Assembly (NCBI RefSeq): GCF_009914755.1
Contig: NC_060927.1
DNA: 64,000 nucleotides
Source: the human T2T-CHM13v2.0 reference genome, Homo sapiens
Direction: 5' to 3' (one strand)
Below the pieces are notes generated by a model, which made no database searches, was not told where the DNA came from, and saw nothing but the letters and a program-made list of their open reading frames with translations. Positions 14,800-28,859 of this stretch are shown in pieces. Each line of letters starts with the position of its first letter. The stretch's first letter is position 1. A program made the position numbers and the translations under genes.

Positions 14800-17700
14800 A
14801 GTGTTCCTTATAACAAACTGTACTAGGCCTCTAAAGACACTTTTAGTTCTAGAACTCTTATTCTAAGTGATACTTGGCCACAAGTGATTCACAATAAAGG
14901 ATTGAAATTTTTAAACACATTTATTGCTTTTATTATAAAAATAAATTGTGCTTTCCTACTGTATGGGAATTCTACTTTTAGCAGTCACATTGCTTGATTT
15001 AACTGGCAAGTATTAAAATAACAGTGTAGTGCTCACCTGATAAAACATTGTAACTTCTGTTAGATTACTTTTTATATGGTTATATTAGTAAACTGCCATT
15101 TATGTATTACAAATTGAATTAAGTAATATGTAATCATTAGAATAATGAAATATGTATTTTGCGTACCAATATGGAATAAACTTAAAGATGTATTAGTGAT
15201 GAAAGCAAAGTACACAGAAATACTCAAGAGTATATGTTTTTTAAAAATAGGTTTTTATATTGTTTAAATTTTTACCATGTGTATGAATTACCTTTTGAAA
15301 AAAATAGATTTTCTCTCACAGTAAAATATAAAAGGAGAGAACAGATGCTCAAGATTCCATTTTCAAACAGAAATCGCAATCAACAGCACCAGTAGCAGCT
15401 GCTATTTATCTGTATTTGATAAGAGCAAAGCAACAGATAAAAATGAAAAATAAACTAAATGAAAAAGGCATCTACAGAGATCAAATTCCAGGCGACTCCC
15501 TTCCCACTTGCCTTTGTTGTAAGTTCCAGAATAGTTTCTCAGCACTAAGAAATTCTCTGATTTAATGGAAACAACAAAGGATGTGGCATCAGACTGAGCT
15601 GGGTTCCAATTCTACTCTTCTGACTTTCTAGCTCTGCAAACACAGAAAAATCCTTTTACCCTCTGAACCTCATTTTCATCAGCACACAAGCATCAAAATG
15701 TCTGTCCTTCCACCACTTAGAGTGGTTTTGAGGCTTAACTGAAATTACATGTATACAAGTGCAAGGCAAACAATATAGACCAATATGCACCTTTATCTCA
15801 TTCATAAATTTCTATTTAGCTTGTGGGATACAGATACACATTCATTAATTCATTCAACAATAACAAATAGACCCTTCTAAATACTGGAACTAAAATAGAT
15901 AGCAGAACACATTCATTCTCTGCCCTTTTGAAGCATAGACTCTCGTAGAAAGATAGAAGACAGAACAGACATCCATCACATTAAATTGTGGCAAATGCTA
16001 TGATACAGATAGATAGGATACCCTAGAAATGCATATAAGGCACATATACTCACCAAAGATGTCTGGGAAGGCTTCTGGAGGAAGTCATGTTCAAGTGAGG
16101 CCTGATGAAAGAGTAGGAGTTCACTAAGTGACCCAGGGGAATGTCGTAGGCTTCCCACTGGCTTGGCTGACCCCTGAAAGATAAAACCTGACAGGTGAAC
16201 AGTGCAAGTTGAGGGCTCTCAAAGCAGCTCCCCTTGCATTTGACTTGTTACAGCCAATCTCTTCCATTCCTCTCATGAAAGTAGTTGTTGGACACAATTA
16301 AGAAATGTGACAACGGCAGCTCAGAGAAAAGAAGTTGAAGGTCACATAGCTACTGAGTGGCAAAGCCAAGATTTTGATTGTCCCAAACATTTGAAACACT
16401 CAACTGATGGAATTTTTTATTTTTATTTATTTTTTATTAATATATATTGATCAGTGGAGTGTGTCTTATCATATTGAAATTCTGACTCAGCACTGGGTAT
16501 GTCTAGGATTTCAGCCACACTGCAATACATAGAAGAGTGCTTGGTGCATAATAAGTATTCAGTAAATATCTCTTGAATGAATTAATAAATCCCAAGTTTG
16601 AAGGATCACTTAGAGGCATCCTTTGTCTTTTGAATAATTAATTCATGCTGCCATCCTTGAATTGAAATTAAAGCATTTTAAAGGTCTTAGGGAACTTCAG
16701 AATCCTCCCAAACCAGGGTGTTTTGAAACTGGATTGGATCTTATTTCTTTCTACAAAATGCTAAGGAGGCATCACGGCATGTAAAGCCAACTCCATCAAG
16801 AAGTCCACTTGGGCTCTGAGATGTGTGAGAAATGACACTGCACAAGAGTCCAACTGAATAGTTCGGGAAATAGGCCAAAGGATTAAAAACAGTATCATGT
16901 AAGGATTAGGAATTTAGCTTAAGACATGGCTCCCTAGTATAACGTCAACATGACTCATTCATTTTGAGTTGGCTGAAGAAATTTTAGATGCATTTTGAAA
17001 GATCATCTGGCTTTCCTCTTACAACATAGATTTGATCCTTGCACCATCCAAACCAAACAGTCTAATGCATTGAAAAATGTGCCTGAGAAGGAAAAACAGA
17101 ATCATCATTACTTTTTCTTTTTCCTTTTACCTGAAACCTAGGTGTGAGGTTCTTGAGAAATTAGTCTTATTACATTGACCAAACACTAATGCTTTCTGGA
17201 AAACTTTGTTCTTCTGGAATTGCACAGAGTATACTTTTAAACATGGCATCTGCATCTTAGATGCCCTATTTTAAGTCTGATTAATCTAATCCGGGGAGGT
17301 AAATTAGGCCCTTTAGTAGTCTATTAACTTTCTCCTACCCCGAACGGAAAATTTATTAAATTATCTTTATGTGTTCCAAGAAAGCAAACTTTGAAACTGG
17401 CCAGCAAGCTTGTAAGAGCCTAATGACGATCGCGGCATGAGTTTCCATCAGCTTTTGGTGTTATTTTAATACAATCCAAATGTAGACTTAAGCTATTAGT
17501 GTGTACTCACGTTCTCTCTCTCCCTGTGCTTGTCTCTTTCTCTTCCTTAAAGTACAAACACATGCACACACTGCCACTTTCTCTTTCTCAACACACACAG
17601 GCTTGAATAATTTCTATTTATTTCTCAGTTCTACTTTCCTCTCAGAATTCCTTTCCTGACCCCCAAATCTAGGTTCAGGTGTTCCACTAATGCACTCTTA

Positions 17701-17886
17701 CTGCAACAGCTAACTTGTCCATCTCTACACTAGTCTGCAGACAATATGACGGGGACTGTTTTTGTAATTGACCTCTGTATCCCCTGGGCCCTGGCAAAGT
17801 ACCTAGTATGTGGAAAGCACTCAATACAATTTTGTTAAATAAGGAAATGAATGAGTGCATTAATCTAGCCCTTGTATGCTTAGATC

Positions 17887-18409
17887 TGCCAAAAGACAAA
17901 GCTACAACAAATTTATCTTAAAGATCTCAATTGGCTTTATTGCATTTTTAGAATTGGGCAACACTTCATTCCATAAAATAGAATAAGTGTTCCAATAAGC
18001 TGAGTGGAAGGGTTTGGTTTTATAGACGGAGAAGAACTGAAGAAAGCAGAAATGTAGAACAAAATGTGACTGGTCATTTCAAAGCTATTTCCCTTGTAAG
18101 GCAGGAACAGGGAAACAATAGAGAAATAACTGATTGCTTAATATCAGGTTACTTCAGGTTACCTTCCCTTTAAAGATTAAAGGCAGAGGGAACTTCATTA
18201 TCCTGTAGATTGAAACCAGTCTGTTTGGGAAATTAAGCTGTTATCTCTCCTTTTGGGCTTCTCCAAAGGTTAGATAACCACTCAGTTTTGGTTTGGTAAT
18301 GTGGAACCACAGCGTGAGCGACTCCGTTTTGATTTTTAGTCTGATCTGTTGGGGTCTAGTGTAGGAGTGTAGCTCAAAACAATGGCCTCCTATAATTTTT
18401 TATTTACCA
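17887..18409 (-). mobile_element. ERV1 solo LTR (MER67-like)
   Basis: Reverse complement begins 'taaataaaaaattataggaggccattgttttg...ccccaacagatcagactaaaaatcaaaacggagtc'; subfamily name from memory. Confidence 0.7.
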
Positions 18410-20471
18410 GAAATAAAAGGAAATATACAAATGTAATCCATTCCTTGATGATCCTCTATCAAGAAGTAAGTCTTTAATTTCCCCAGTTAAAAAAACAATT
18501 CATCTTCCTAGAACCTCTGGAATGAACAGTTTTAGACCCCAAAGTAAAAAATACATACAGTCAAGCTAACTCTGTTTAATTAAATGTTTTCCGTAAGTAT
18601 TGAAAAACAACTTTTGAGCAATGTGAATAGCTATTGTGTACAAAAGTTAGGTAGAATATAATATTATCCTTATTTTTCAGCAATTATATATTTACAATAT
18701 ATACTTGTTTCACAAAACAAGAGAGAAACAGGCAGATTTTTTTTACTCCCAGTTTAGTGGCTCTTCAATACAACATGCCACTAACAAAAAGGTATTAGAA
18801 AGAACCAAAAGAAAATTCAAAATTCAGAAATGGCACAAAAAGATGATCTTTGTTGTAAACAAGAAAATAACAGAAGCCAATTTCTACAAGTATGCACTAA
18901 AACATATAGGGAAAATACCTTACATCATAATTTAGTCCCTAGGACCAATTTTGAAAGTCAAAACTTCATTTTATACCTCTGCATTTCACAAGATCACATA
19001 CCAAGGAACATATGAGGTCTTCAATTCTTGGGAACTAAGTCTGTGGTTTACCGCCCAAGGTCTCTCCCAGGTTTTTGTTATCACTGGCAACAGAACCACT
19101 GTTGGAAGCCCACTGCAGAATTAAGAATTCACACAATCTGAAACTGCTTATGTCAGGCCTTTCATAAGGGTGAAAATAATATTCAACAACTTTCAGCATG
19201 TGCTTACCACATCTGCACCCATTTTGGGTCAATCAGAAAAAAAAAATGCTGGAAAGAAATAAGCCACCCATTCAGAAGTAAAAACAGGGAAAGCCAGCTG
19301 CATACAAACCCTGCAGATTGTGCTGATGAGATCCATGGATGGGCAGAAAGAGCTGCTTCAGGAAAAGAAAATCTAACTTCTGAGCAAAAAGGCTCAGAAC
19401 ATAGATAGGACAAAAATGCTCTCCATTAAATGCAATTCCTAAGAATTCAGGGAATGTGTTTTATTCTATCCCAACAGTAATCACAAAATAGTCTTTCTTT
19501 CTCATATGTACTGATTGATTCATTGATTGATTGTACCCCCTCATCATGTTTTTTATTGAAAGAAATATGGAGAAGCACAAAGAAGTAAAGATTTTAAACA
19601 ATCACTCACTATCTCATCACTCAGTAATATCTGTTATATGTCCACTGATGGCTAAAATCTCACCCACAATTCCTCACGGCCATCAATAAATTAGAGAGAG
19701 AACTTTTTCTATTAAACTTTCTTCCAAAGAATTCATGTCAGTTCTTTCTACAATCAAACTTCTCTTTCAGTATGAGTTTTTAATCAGCAAAACAAAACTC
19801 AAGATAGAATCTAGTGTATTCCATAGTTGTTCAAATTGTTTACAGCTTAAGTTTCTCGCCTTTGCACTGAGTGAATTGAGACACAAGTATGCTGGAATAG
19901 GAATAGATCTGAATGTTTAGAGGGGTCCAAGCTCACACTGGTGTCTCAGAGATATGAGGGAGATAGTTGAGTCCCAAGGCATACCTCCAGGGTCTAAATG
20001 ATGAATCACCTCACGTCTGCAATTGATCTGCCTTCTTTGCTGTTTGCTCATTAGGTTAGAGTTCCAGGTTTAATTCTGGCATAAACCAGTTACTTTTCTC
20101 TTTCCCAAAGGCCACAGAGAGCAACATTAACTGGTTGTCTCTCAAAAGGTGCCATTCATTAATGAAGAGATTGGGAACGATCATCTAGATGCATTTGTAC
20201 AAAATAATCCAGGTAGGAAATGGACTCTTCTGATGGTTATTCCATCTCAGGCACATTATCTACATTACATAATGTACTCCTAAGAGTAGAATAATTGTTA
20301 TTATTATTAGATGAGAAAATGAGATGCAGGGAGATTAGTAACTAATGCAAGACAATACTGCTGATAGAATCAGGATTTAAGACTCCAAATCCATGCTTTT
20401 CCCACTATATTACCTTACCTGGCTGGGGAGAACAAACCTCAAATATACCTATTTGATGATAAATGTGTGAG

Positions 20472-20523
20472 AATATATATATATACACACACAAACATAT
20501 ATATATACACATATATATATATA
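20472..20523. repeat. Compound (TA)n/(CA)n microsatellite
   Basis: Direct inspection. Confidence 0.9.
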
Positions 20524-20529
20524 AAGTAG

Positions 20530-20869
<340 letters not shown>

Positions 20870-22591
20870 GACTCCAAAATTCTTAAGGTCCTATAGTACC
20901 AAAGTCAAAATTCCCAGGGAATTTTTAGTAAAACACATCAATCTCATATCTCTATGTTATTTATGTAAAAATGGCACCTCTATTTATATGGTTTTCATGA
21001 TAATTAAACAAGAGAGTGGCGATGTGATGTATACACTATAAAGCACCATGAACACATAAAACATTATTGTTTGAAAAGTCTTTGAGGCCTTAGTTAACAA
21101 CAACAACAAAAAAAACTCTGCAAACAATAAATCAATCAGTATTGACAGTGAAGTTCAAAAATGTTTATATTTCTTCTAAACTATCTGGTGAACATGCCTT
21201 TTAAATCCTTGTTCAAGTCACTCAATCCATAACAATTTATGGAATCCTTTTGTATTTTGACAATAAGTCTATACACATACAAACCCATTTTCCTTTTGTG
21301 AGATTTCCGTAAGTCATCTGTCTCTAAACCTATCTAGGAATGGAAGTAGAATGTATCCAGCAGTTCAAGTTGTCATTAGTCATTGCTATGTGATGTGGGA
21401 TAATGCCTACTCCAATCTCTCTACAAGCTAAGAAGAAAATCGTTTTCTACATTCTCCTTGCTGGACCTCTGGATGCACAGAGGGAGAGCAGACATGACTG
21501 GCCTGGTCAATAGAAATATTTACTTACCTGATGGCATGAATAGCCAAATGAGCTAAAATTGGCCATGAAAACTGGTTTCTATGAATAATACTAATACATT
21601 TCCTGGATCAAAACTCTAAAAGGCTGAGCTTTATAAGGGATAACTGACATTTCCTTAAAAATTGCTCAACATGACATGTACTGAACCTGTCAAACTGCTG
21701 GGAAAATTACAGAAAATAAATTTTAGGGTGATTGGCAAAATGGCTTTGGGAAAATGATTTATTATTTCCAATAAGGAATGAGAAGGTGAAAAATGAGATG
21801 TAAAAAGACAAAGAGAAGAACAAGAAAGGAAAATGGAAAAGAAGAAAAGAGAGAGAAAGAATGAATCCCATGCCAACTTAATTCGACCATCCACTATCGT
21901 ATGCAAAGGCCCAAGTAAGGTACTTGGGAGGCTACAAAGAAAAATAAAATGCATCCATGCAACAAATTCAACAATTATTTATGGAGCTAGGAAAGAAGCA
22001 ACTATCTAATATGCCACAGCAACTGGAAATATATCTAAGATTACCTGAATGAAAAGTAAATCAGAAGTGTACTTGAAAAGTAATCTGTTTATTTAAACAA
22101 TTGTTAAAAGACGATATTTTCTTAAAGAAGCAATCTTGGTCTTTTCCTGAAACAGAACTGGGTGATGGCTGTTACTTGTGTCTAATCAGATTGGCCCAGA
22201 ACCACCATGCACAGAGAACATTTCATCATCTTTTAGCAGGGCCAACGTCATATAGACAATTTAGTGGGGATAGTAACTTTCCAGGGGTTTTCTGATTTTA
22301 GCATCATACAGCGCAGGGATAAATGAGCTGTAGTTTCCCACATTTAAGTTCTAAATTCAGCTATGTCACTAATTACCCTTGAGATAATTACAGTAGATGA
22401 CCCAGCATTTATTTTTTATCTTAACAAGATTTTGACTCAATACATAGTATTTTCAAATATTATTTTGAAAAAAAATCTCTGAAATAATTATATAATGAAC
22501 ATTCAATTCTTAGATCTTTCTACTTTGAATAAGTAAATATAAATGTATTTCAGTTAAAAGGCTTAAGAGTAGGATGAGTCAAGAATAACGA

Positions 22592-22948
22592 TAGTCATGA
22601 ATCACTTAAGAACAAGGATACATTCTGAGAAATGTATTATTAGGTGATTTTGTTGATGTAAAAACATCATAGAGTATACTTACACAAACCTAGATGGTAT
22701 AGCCTAAGACACACCTAGGCTATATGGTTATATGGCTATATTGCCCCTTAGCTATAAACCTATACAGCATGTTACTATACTGAATACTCCAGGCAATTGT
22801 AACACAATGATAACTATTTGATAACTATTTGTGTATCTAATTGTATCTACACATATGAAAGGTACAGTAAAAATACCATAATCTTATGGGACCATAGTTG
22901 TATATGTGGTTCATTGTTTGTCAAAATGCGATTAGTGGCACTTGACTG
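22592..22948 (+). mobile_element. Tigger3a/MER7-type TcMar DNA transposon
   Basis: 'acattctgagaaatg...tacttacacaaacctagatggtatagcct...ttatgggacca'; termini tagtcatg / cttgactg. Confidence 0.88.
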
Positions 22949-23078
22949 TTTTGTGAACATGAAAGAGCAACTGGCCTACAAAACTTCATTAAATTGTTCC
23001 TATATCTTCTTGACCATATCCAAAAATCTCCCAGCTAAGCTTCAAATTTAAGTGTATGCATTGTTTTAAAGAATTGCT

Positions 23079-23377
<299 letters not shown>

Positions 23378-23383
23378 GAATCA

Positions 23384-23691
23384 GGCCGGGCGCGCTGGCT
23401 CATACCTGTAATCCCAGCACTTTGGGAGGCCAAGACGGGCAGATCACGAGGTCAGGAGTTGGAGACCAGCCTGGCCAACACAGTGAAACCCTGTCTCTAC
23501 TAAAAATACAAAAAATTAGTAGGGCGTGGTGGTTGACACACCTGTAATCACAGCTACTCAGGAGGCTGAGGCAGGAGAATCACTTGAACCCAGGAGGCGG
23601 AGGTTACAGTAAGCCAAGATTGCACCATTGCACTCCAGCCTCAGTGACAGAGTAAGACTCTGTCTCAAAAAAAAAAAAAAAAAGAAAAAAA
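23384..23691 (+). mobile_element. AluS (Sg/Sc-like), inserted into the 3' TSD of the preceding Alu
   Basis: Full dimer; aaagaatca on both sides. Confidence 0.96.
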
Positions 23692-24025
23692 GAATCACTA
23701 CTATAAAACCACAGGAGTAATATCAAAAAAATGAAGCTGCTCTTATGCACTGGTTTCCAAATGAAGCATACAGCTATATTTTGGCTGAACAAAGTTCAAA
23801 TGTTTCTGACTTTATTTCTGCCAAGATTTATTCAAAACATGTTTCTAGTGCTGCTGGGAAAGAAATTGTATCTGGAAAAGACAATAACTAGCACTATAAA
23901 TAATGAATAAATGAGTACAAATTCCCAGGAAACACCTCAAATTATTCTCTGTAAATCAAAAAGACGTGTGGTTGAATTCATAACATGTATATTTTAACTT
24001 GCTTCATTAAAAAGCATATTTTCTC

Positions 24026-25279
24026 TAATGGTAAATATGTATACAGACTCTAAGTATGCTTATCTAGTCCTCCATGCCCACTCAGCAATATGGAGAGAAA
24101 GGAAATTCCTAACTTCCAAGGGAACACCTATCAAATATCAGGAAGCCATTAGGAGATTATTATTGGCTGTACAGAAACCTAAAGAGTTGGCAGTTTTACA
24201 CTGCTGGGGTCATCAGAAAGGAAAGGAAAGGGAAATAGAAGAGAACCGCCAAGCGGATATTGAAGTAAAAAGAGCCGCAAGGCAGGACCCTCCATTAGAA
24301 ATGCTTATAGAAGGACCCCTAGTATGTGGTAATCCCTTCTGGGAAACCAAGCCCCAGTACTCAGCAGGAAAAATAGAATAGGGAACCTCACGAGGACATA
24401 GTTTCCTTCGCTCAGGATGGCTAGCCACCGAAGAAGGGAAAATACTTTTGCCTGCAGCTAACCAATGGAAATTACTTAAAACCCTTCTCCAAGCCTTTCA
24501 CTTAGGCATTGATAGCACCCATCAGAGGGCCAAATCATTATTTACAAGACCAGGCCTTTTCAAAACTATCAAGCAGATAGTCAGGGCCTGTGAAGTGTGC
24601 CAAAGAAATAATCCCCTGCGCTGCAGGCCATACATTTCAATCCCTGTATCTTTAACCTCCTTGTTAAGTTTGTCTCTTCCAGAATCGAAGCTGTAAAACT
24701 ACAAATAGTTCTTCAAATGGAGCCCCAGATGTAGTCCATGACTAAGATCTACCACAGACCCCTAGACCAGCCTGCTAGCCTGTGCTCTGATGTTAATGAC
24801 ATCGAAAGCACCCCTCCTGAGGAAATCTCAACTGCACAACCCCTACTATGCCCCAGTTCAGCAGGAAGCAGTTAGAGCGGTAGTCGGCCAACCTCCCCAA
24901 CTGCACTTGAGTTTTTCCTGTTGAGAGCGGGGACTGAGAGACAAGACTAGCTGGATTTCCTAGGCCGACTAAAAATCCCTAAGCCTAGCTGGGAAGGTGA
25001 CCGTGTCCACCTTTAAACACGGGGCTTGCAACTTAGCTCACACCCAAACCAATCAGAGAGCTCACTAAAATGCTAATTAGACAAAAACAGGAGGTAAAGA
25101 AATAGCCAATCATCTATCACCTGAGAGCACAGCAGGAGGGACAATGACCGGGATATAAACCCAAGCATTTGAGCCAGCAATGGCAAACCCCTTTGGGTCT
25201 CCTGCCTTTGTATGGGAGCTCTGTTTTCACTCTATTAAATCTTGCAACTGCAAAAAAAAAAAAAAAAAAAAAAAAAAAA
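24026..25279 (+). pseudogene. HERV-W (HERV17/LTR17) processed retrocopy: 5'-truncated pol (RNase H, integrase N-terminus), env fragments, U3-R LTR, poly(A)
   Basis: RNase H 'YTDSKYAYLVLHAH...HCWGHQKG'; integrase HHCC 'HLGIDSTH...CEVC'; env tail 'PCIFNLLVKFVSSRIEAVKLQIVLQMEPQM'; purine tract then LTR17 'tgagagacaagactagctggatttcc' from 24935; ends ATTAAA...gcaactgc plus poly(A) with no U5; diverged TSD. Confidence 0.95.
24935..25251 (+). promoter_or_regulatory. LTR17 U3-R with CCAAT boxes, TATA box and poly(A) signal
   Basis: CCAAT at 25049 and 25106; TATAAA 25154-25159; ATTAAA 25234-25239; activity unknown. Confidence 0.7.
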
Positions 25280-25599
25280 CCAAAAACATTTTCTCAAAAA
25301 ATGCTTTATACAGTCTAAATGATCACTTTAGTTCAATGTTATTTGTATCTAACATCAGTTATGTGATATCAGCTTATGTTTTTCTAAATATCAAAGGGAA
25401 CAAAATGTTATTTCAAGGGTTAAAACAAAAGCAGAATTTGCCCAGATCCGCCATGCACAGAGAGCATACATCACATGGTAACAGGGCCAACATTACATAG
25501 ATTACAAAGATCCTCTTTATGCACGAAGAGAGAGGGGAAGTGAATTATTGTAGAAATGGTTTCTGTTAATTAAAGAACTTTTTTTATTATTAATTATTT

Positions 25600-25732
25600 A
25601 TTTTTTTTGAGATGGAGTGTCGCTCTTGTTGCCCAGGCAGAAGGACAATGGTGCAACCTCGGCTCACCACAGCCTCCGCCTCCTGGGTTCAAGCAATTCT
25701 CCTGCCTCAGCCTCCTGAGCAGCTGGGATTAC
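25600..25732 (-). mobile_element. Alu right-arm fragment (Sp/Sq-like)
   Basis: 'cgctcttgttgcccagg' diagnostic; ends abruptly at gggattaca; no adjacent TSD seen. Confidence 0.9.
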
Positions 25733-25992
25733 AATCAAATGTAGAATTAAATAATCAAAAAAAGGATTGAGCCTTTCCATTTTATAGCAAGCTATATGAC
25801 AGCTACCAAATATTCTAGAGCAAATACATCTTGGAGAAATAAGGAATGGAGGGTCTATTTGTCCCCTTGTGTGGGCTTTAACCACATAGAAAGCCCAGTT
25901 TCTCATTTAATCTAATACATTTGCACCCAACAAACCCCACAACCTTGGAGGCAGATCAAGAACTTACTACTATCACCCCTCTAGAAATTTGA

Positions 25993-26372
<380 letters not shown>

Positions 26373-26529
26373 AAGGCTATGTTTTTAATCAAGTTTTTAA
26401 TCACTTTAAATAACAGATAATAGCCTTATTTGGATTATGATGATGATAGCAGAATGTTTTGTGGGATATTTTTGACTATTTTACTTTTTAAATGGGTCTG
26501 TTACAGTTTTATTTTAGTTTAATTCTCTT

Positions 26530-27550
26530 GAAATGTTTTTATGAAGCATCTCTTTTGTTCCAGGTACCATGAAAAGACACAGCCATTAACATATGTGTTC
26601 AACTAAACACAGAGCATTGACTTGAAACAGTACATGATCAGAATGAAGACAATACTATAAGGAACTACAGGGAGAAACTAATATTGTCAGGGTGGAGAGG
26701 ATAATGGAGAAAACAAAGAAGGAGGCATTATACCTAGGACTCCAGGGAGAGAAGGAAACAGGCAAAGGAGCACATGAACATGAAAGTTCTGGTGTGTTGA
26801 CACACGGGTAAGTGAAAGGACATTAGGTTAAAAATATAGTTATGGGCCACATTATGAAAATCCTTGAATGTCATGTTGAGGAATTCAGACCTTATCCTCC
26901 CTACAGTCAAATTTGTGGGGGATGGATAGAAACATGTAAAACTTTTACTATATTTTATATATTCTAAGATGTACATTTTTCACTTTTTTACAATTCTGCC
27001 ATTACAATGCATCTTTCAATGGATAGTTCTACAGTAGGAGTTGTGACATAATTGTCATTGTCTACACTTGCAACTTATATTTTCCACCTTATGCATGCAC
27101 AGGAATGATACATAATAAAAATCTGACAAAATAAGTCTAAAAGAGATTACAAGTATAAAATGAAAAAGTCTAAGTGATAAGAATTATTTTATAGCTTAGT
27201 TGGTAGCACTTTTTTTCTGGTTTGGTGATACATAAAATGAATATGTGGTAGATTGCTTTAAATATGCACTGGTCATATTGTGAAATGCTTAAACAGGGAA
27301 TGGCATGATCAAATTTGTTTCCAAAGAATATTTCCTGTGAAATGCTAGTGGATATACTGGAAAAGGGAGATGTGAAGTCCAGTGACAAAGCTGAAAGCTA
27401 TTCTAAGTCTAGACAAGAAAAGATGGGGTATGAACTGTAGTCATGGCAGTAGGGATTCTAGCAAAAGAGTCAAGATGCATTTTAACAGTATAGTTGATAA
27501 GAATCAGTGACCATCTTGATGTCATCTGATGAGGGAGAAGGACTTAACAG
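26530..27550 (-). mobile_element. L2 fragments interrupted by an unidentified old repeat (~26940-27170)
   Basis: 'ccttgaatgtcatgttgaggaattcagaccttatcc', 'aaacagggaatggcatgatcaaattt'. Confidence 0.6.
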
Positions 27551-28859
27551 TAACTTCTTTAAGATTTTATGATGTTGTTGTTTGTTTTTGTTTGTTTACT
27601 ATTGTCTGAATTCTTTATTCATTGAAATCAAAGTTCTGGTGTAGGGAGACAATCTTGTAAATAGTCATGCTGTCAAAAAAAAAAAGGAAATGAAATGTCT
27701 TTCTCCCTCTGGTTTTGTCAACAGCCCATTTTATAAGAGCTGTCATTTTGATCGATCCACATAGTCTTTATGACTTTGAGGATGACCTGTGGCTAGCACT
27801 AATAATCTGACCCATAAAACCACTCATCCAGACAACCAGCTGAGCCACCAGCTTAAATTTCCCAGGAGATTGACCTTTGCACCAAAATTACTGGGGAGAC
27901 CTTTGGAACATCTGTTTTATTTCCAGGGTCATTGGTATTTATTTGAGGAACTAAAGTCATGATCTTCAACATCCATAACTTTCTGACACCAAATAAGCCT
28001 CCTGATGGGGCCACAACATGGACCAAAAAGGAAGGACAGCATGCTCAGAGGAATTTAGTTTTGGAAAACTGCTATAGTCCTACACATTTAATAGCTGTCT
28101 TTAAGCATGATTAAAATAAAGCACCATAACCAACGTGTGAGAGTCTCTCTAATGTTTATTTTTTCTTTGGTGTGCTTTTAATAAAATCAAAAGGCAAGAC
28201 TGAGATCACTTAAAGAAGAGTTTGATTTTTCAGGAAAACAAAGAGGTTGACTAGGAATGGAATGATCCCCTAAAAGGCTCACAGAATCTAATTGCATGGT
28301 GATTATCGCTTTTGGCAAAGAAATCATCTTATTAACCACCTTGTAACTCCTAGGTAACTAGGACATTGGAATCCAGAACTCTCAAGAACAAAGCCTGTGT
28401 AACATGATGGATCATGCCAGTCTCCAGCCCACCTGAATAAATGTTAATTCTCTGGAGTTAAAAAAAGATTAAATCATTTACTTTTTAATACAAGTTCATA
28501 AATTCAAATGCAAGAGATATATTGTATTTAGATGGACACACTTCACAGTATACTGAAAAAACATACAGGCTTAGCTTTGAATCCTTCCCACTACCCCCAC
28601 CCGCATTTTGTTAGCTCTTTAACTAGAAACATCTTAATTTACCTAAACTTCTGCATAATTCTCTTAATTATCATTTGACTATTTATTTCTTGACAATGGA
28701 ATTAACTTAACAAGATTCTCAGTAATTCTCAAAGTTTTATTTATAGGTCCCAGCATTTTAGGCTAACTCTTACTCTAGCCTCACTGCACCCCGTAGGGAG
28801 AGAGTATCAAAATCCTGTGCATATGATGAACTCACCAAATTTTTTAGTGGCATATAAGT

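Noticed and set aside
15390-15445. E-box plus three GATA motifs
   Set aside because: Spacing does not fit the TAL1-GATA composite; expected by chance in AT-rich DNA
24028-24696. RNase H and integrase-like ORFs as a possible domesticated gene
   Set aside because: 5'-truncated, interrupted by a stop at 24379-24381, integrase core deleted, no upstream promoter evident
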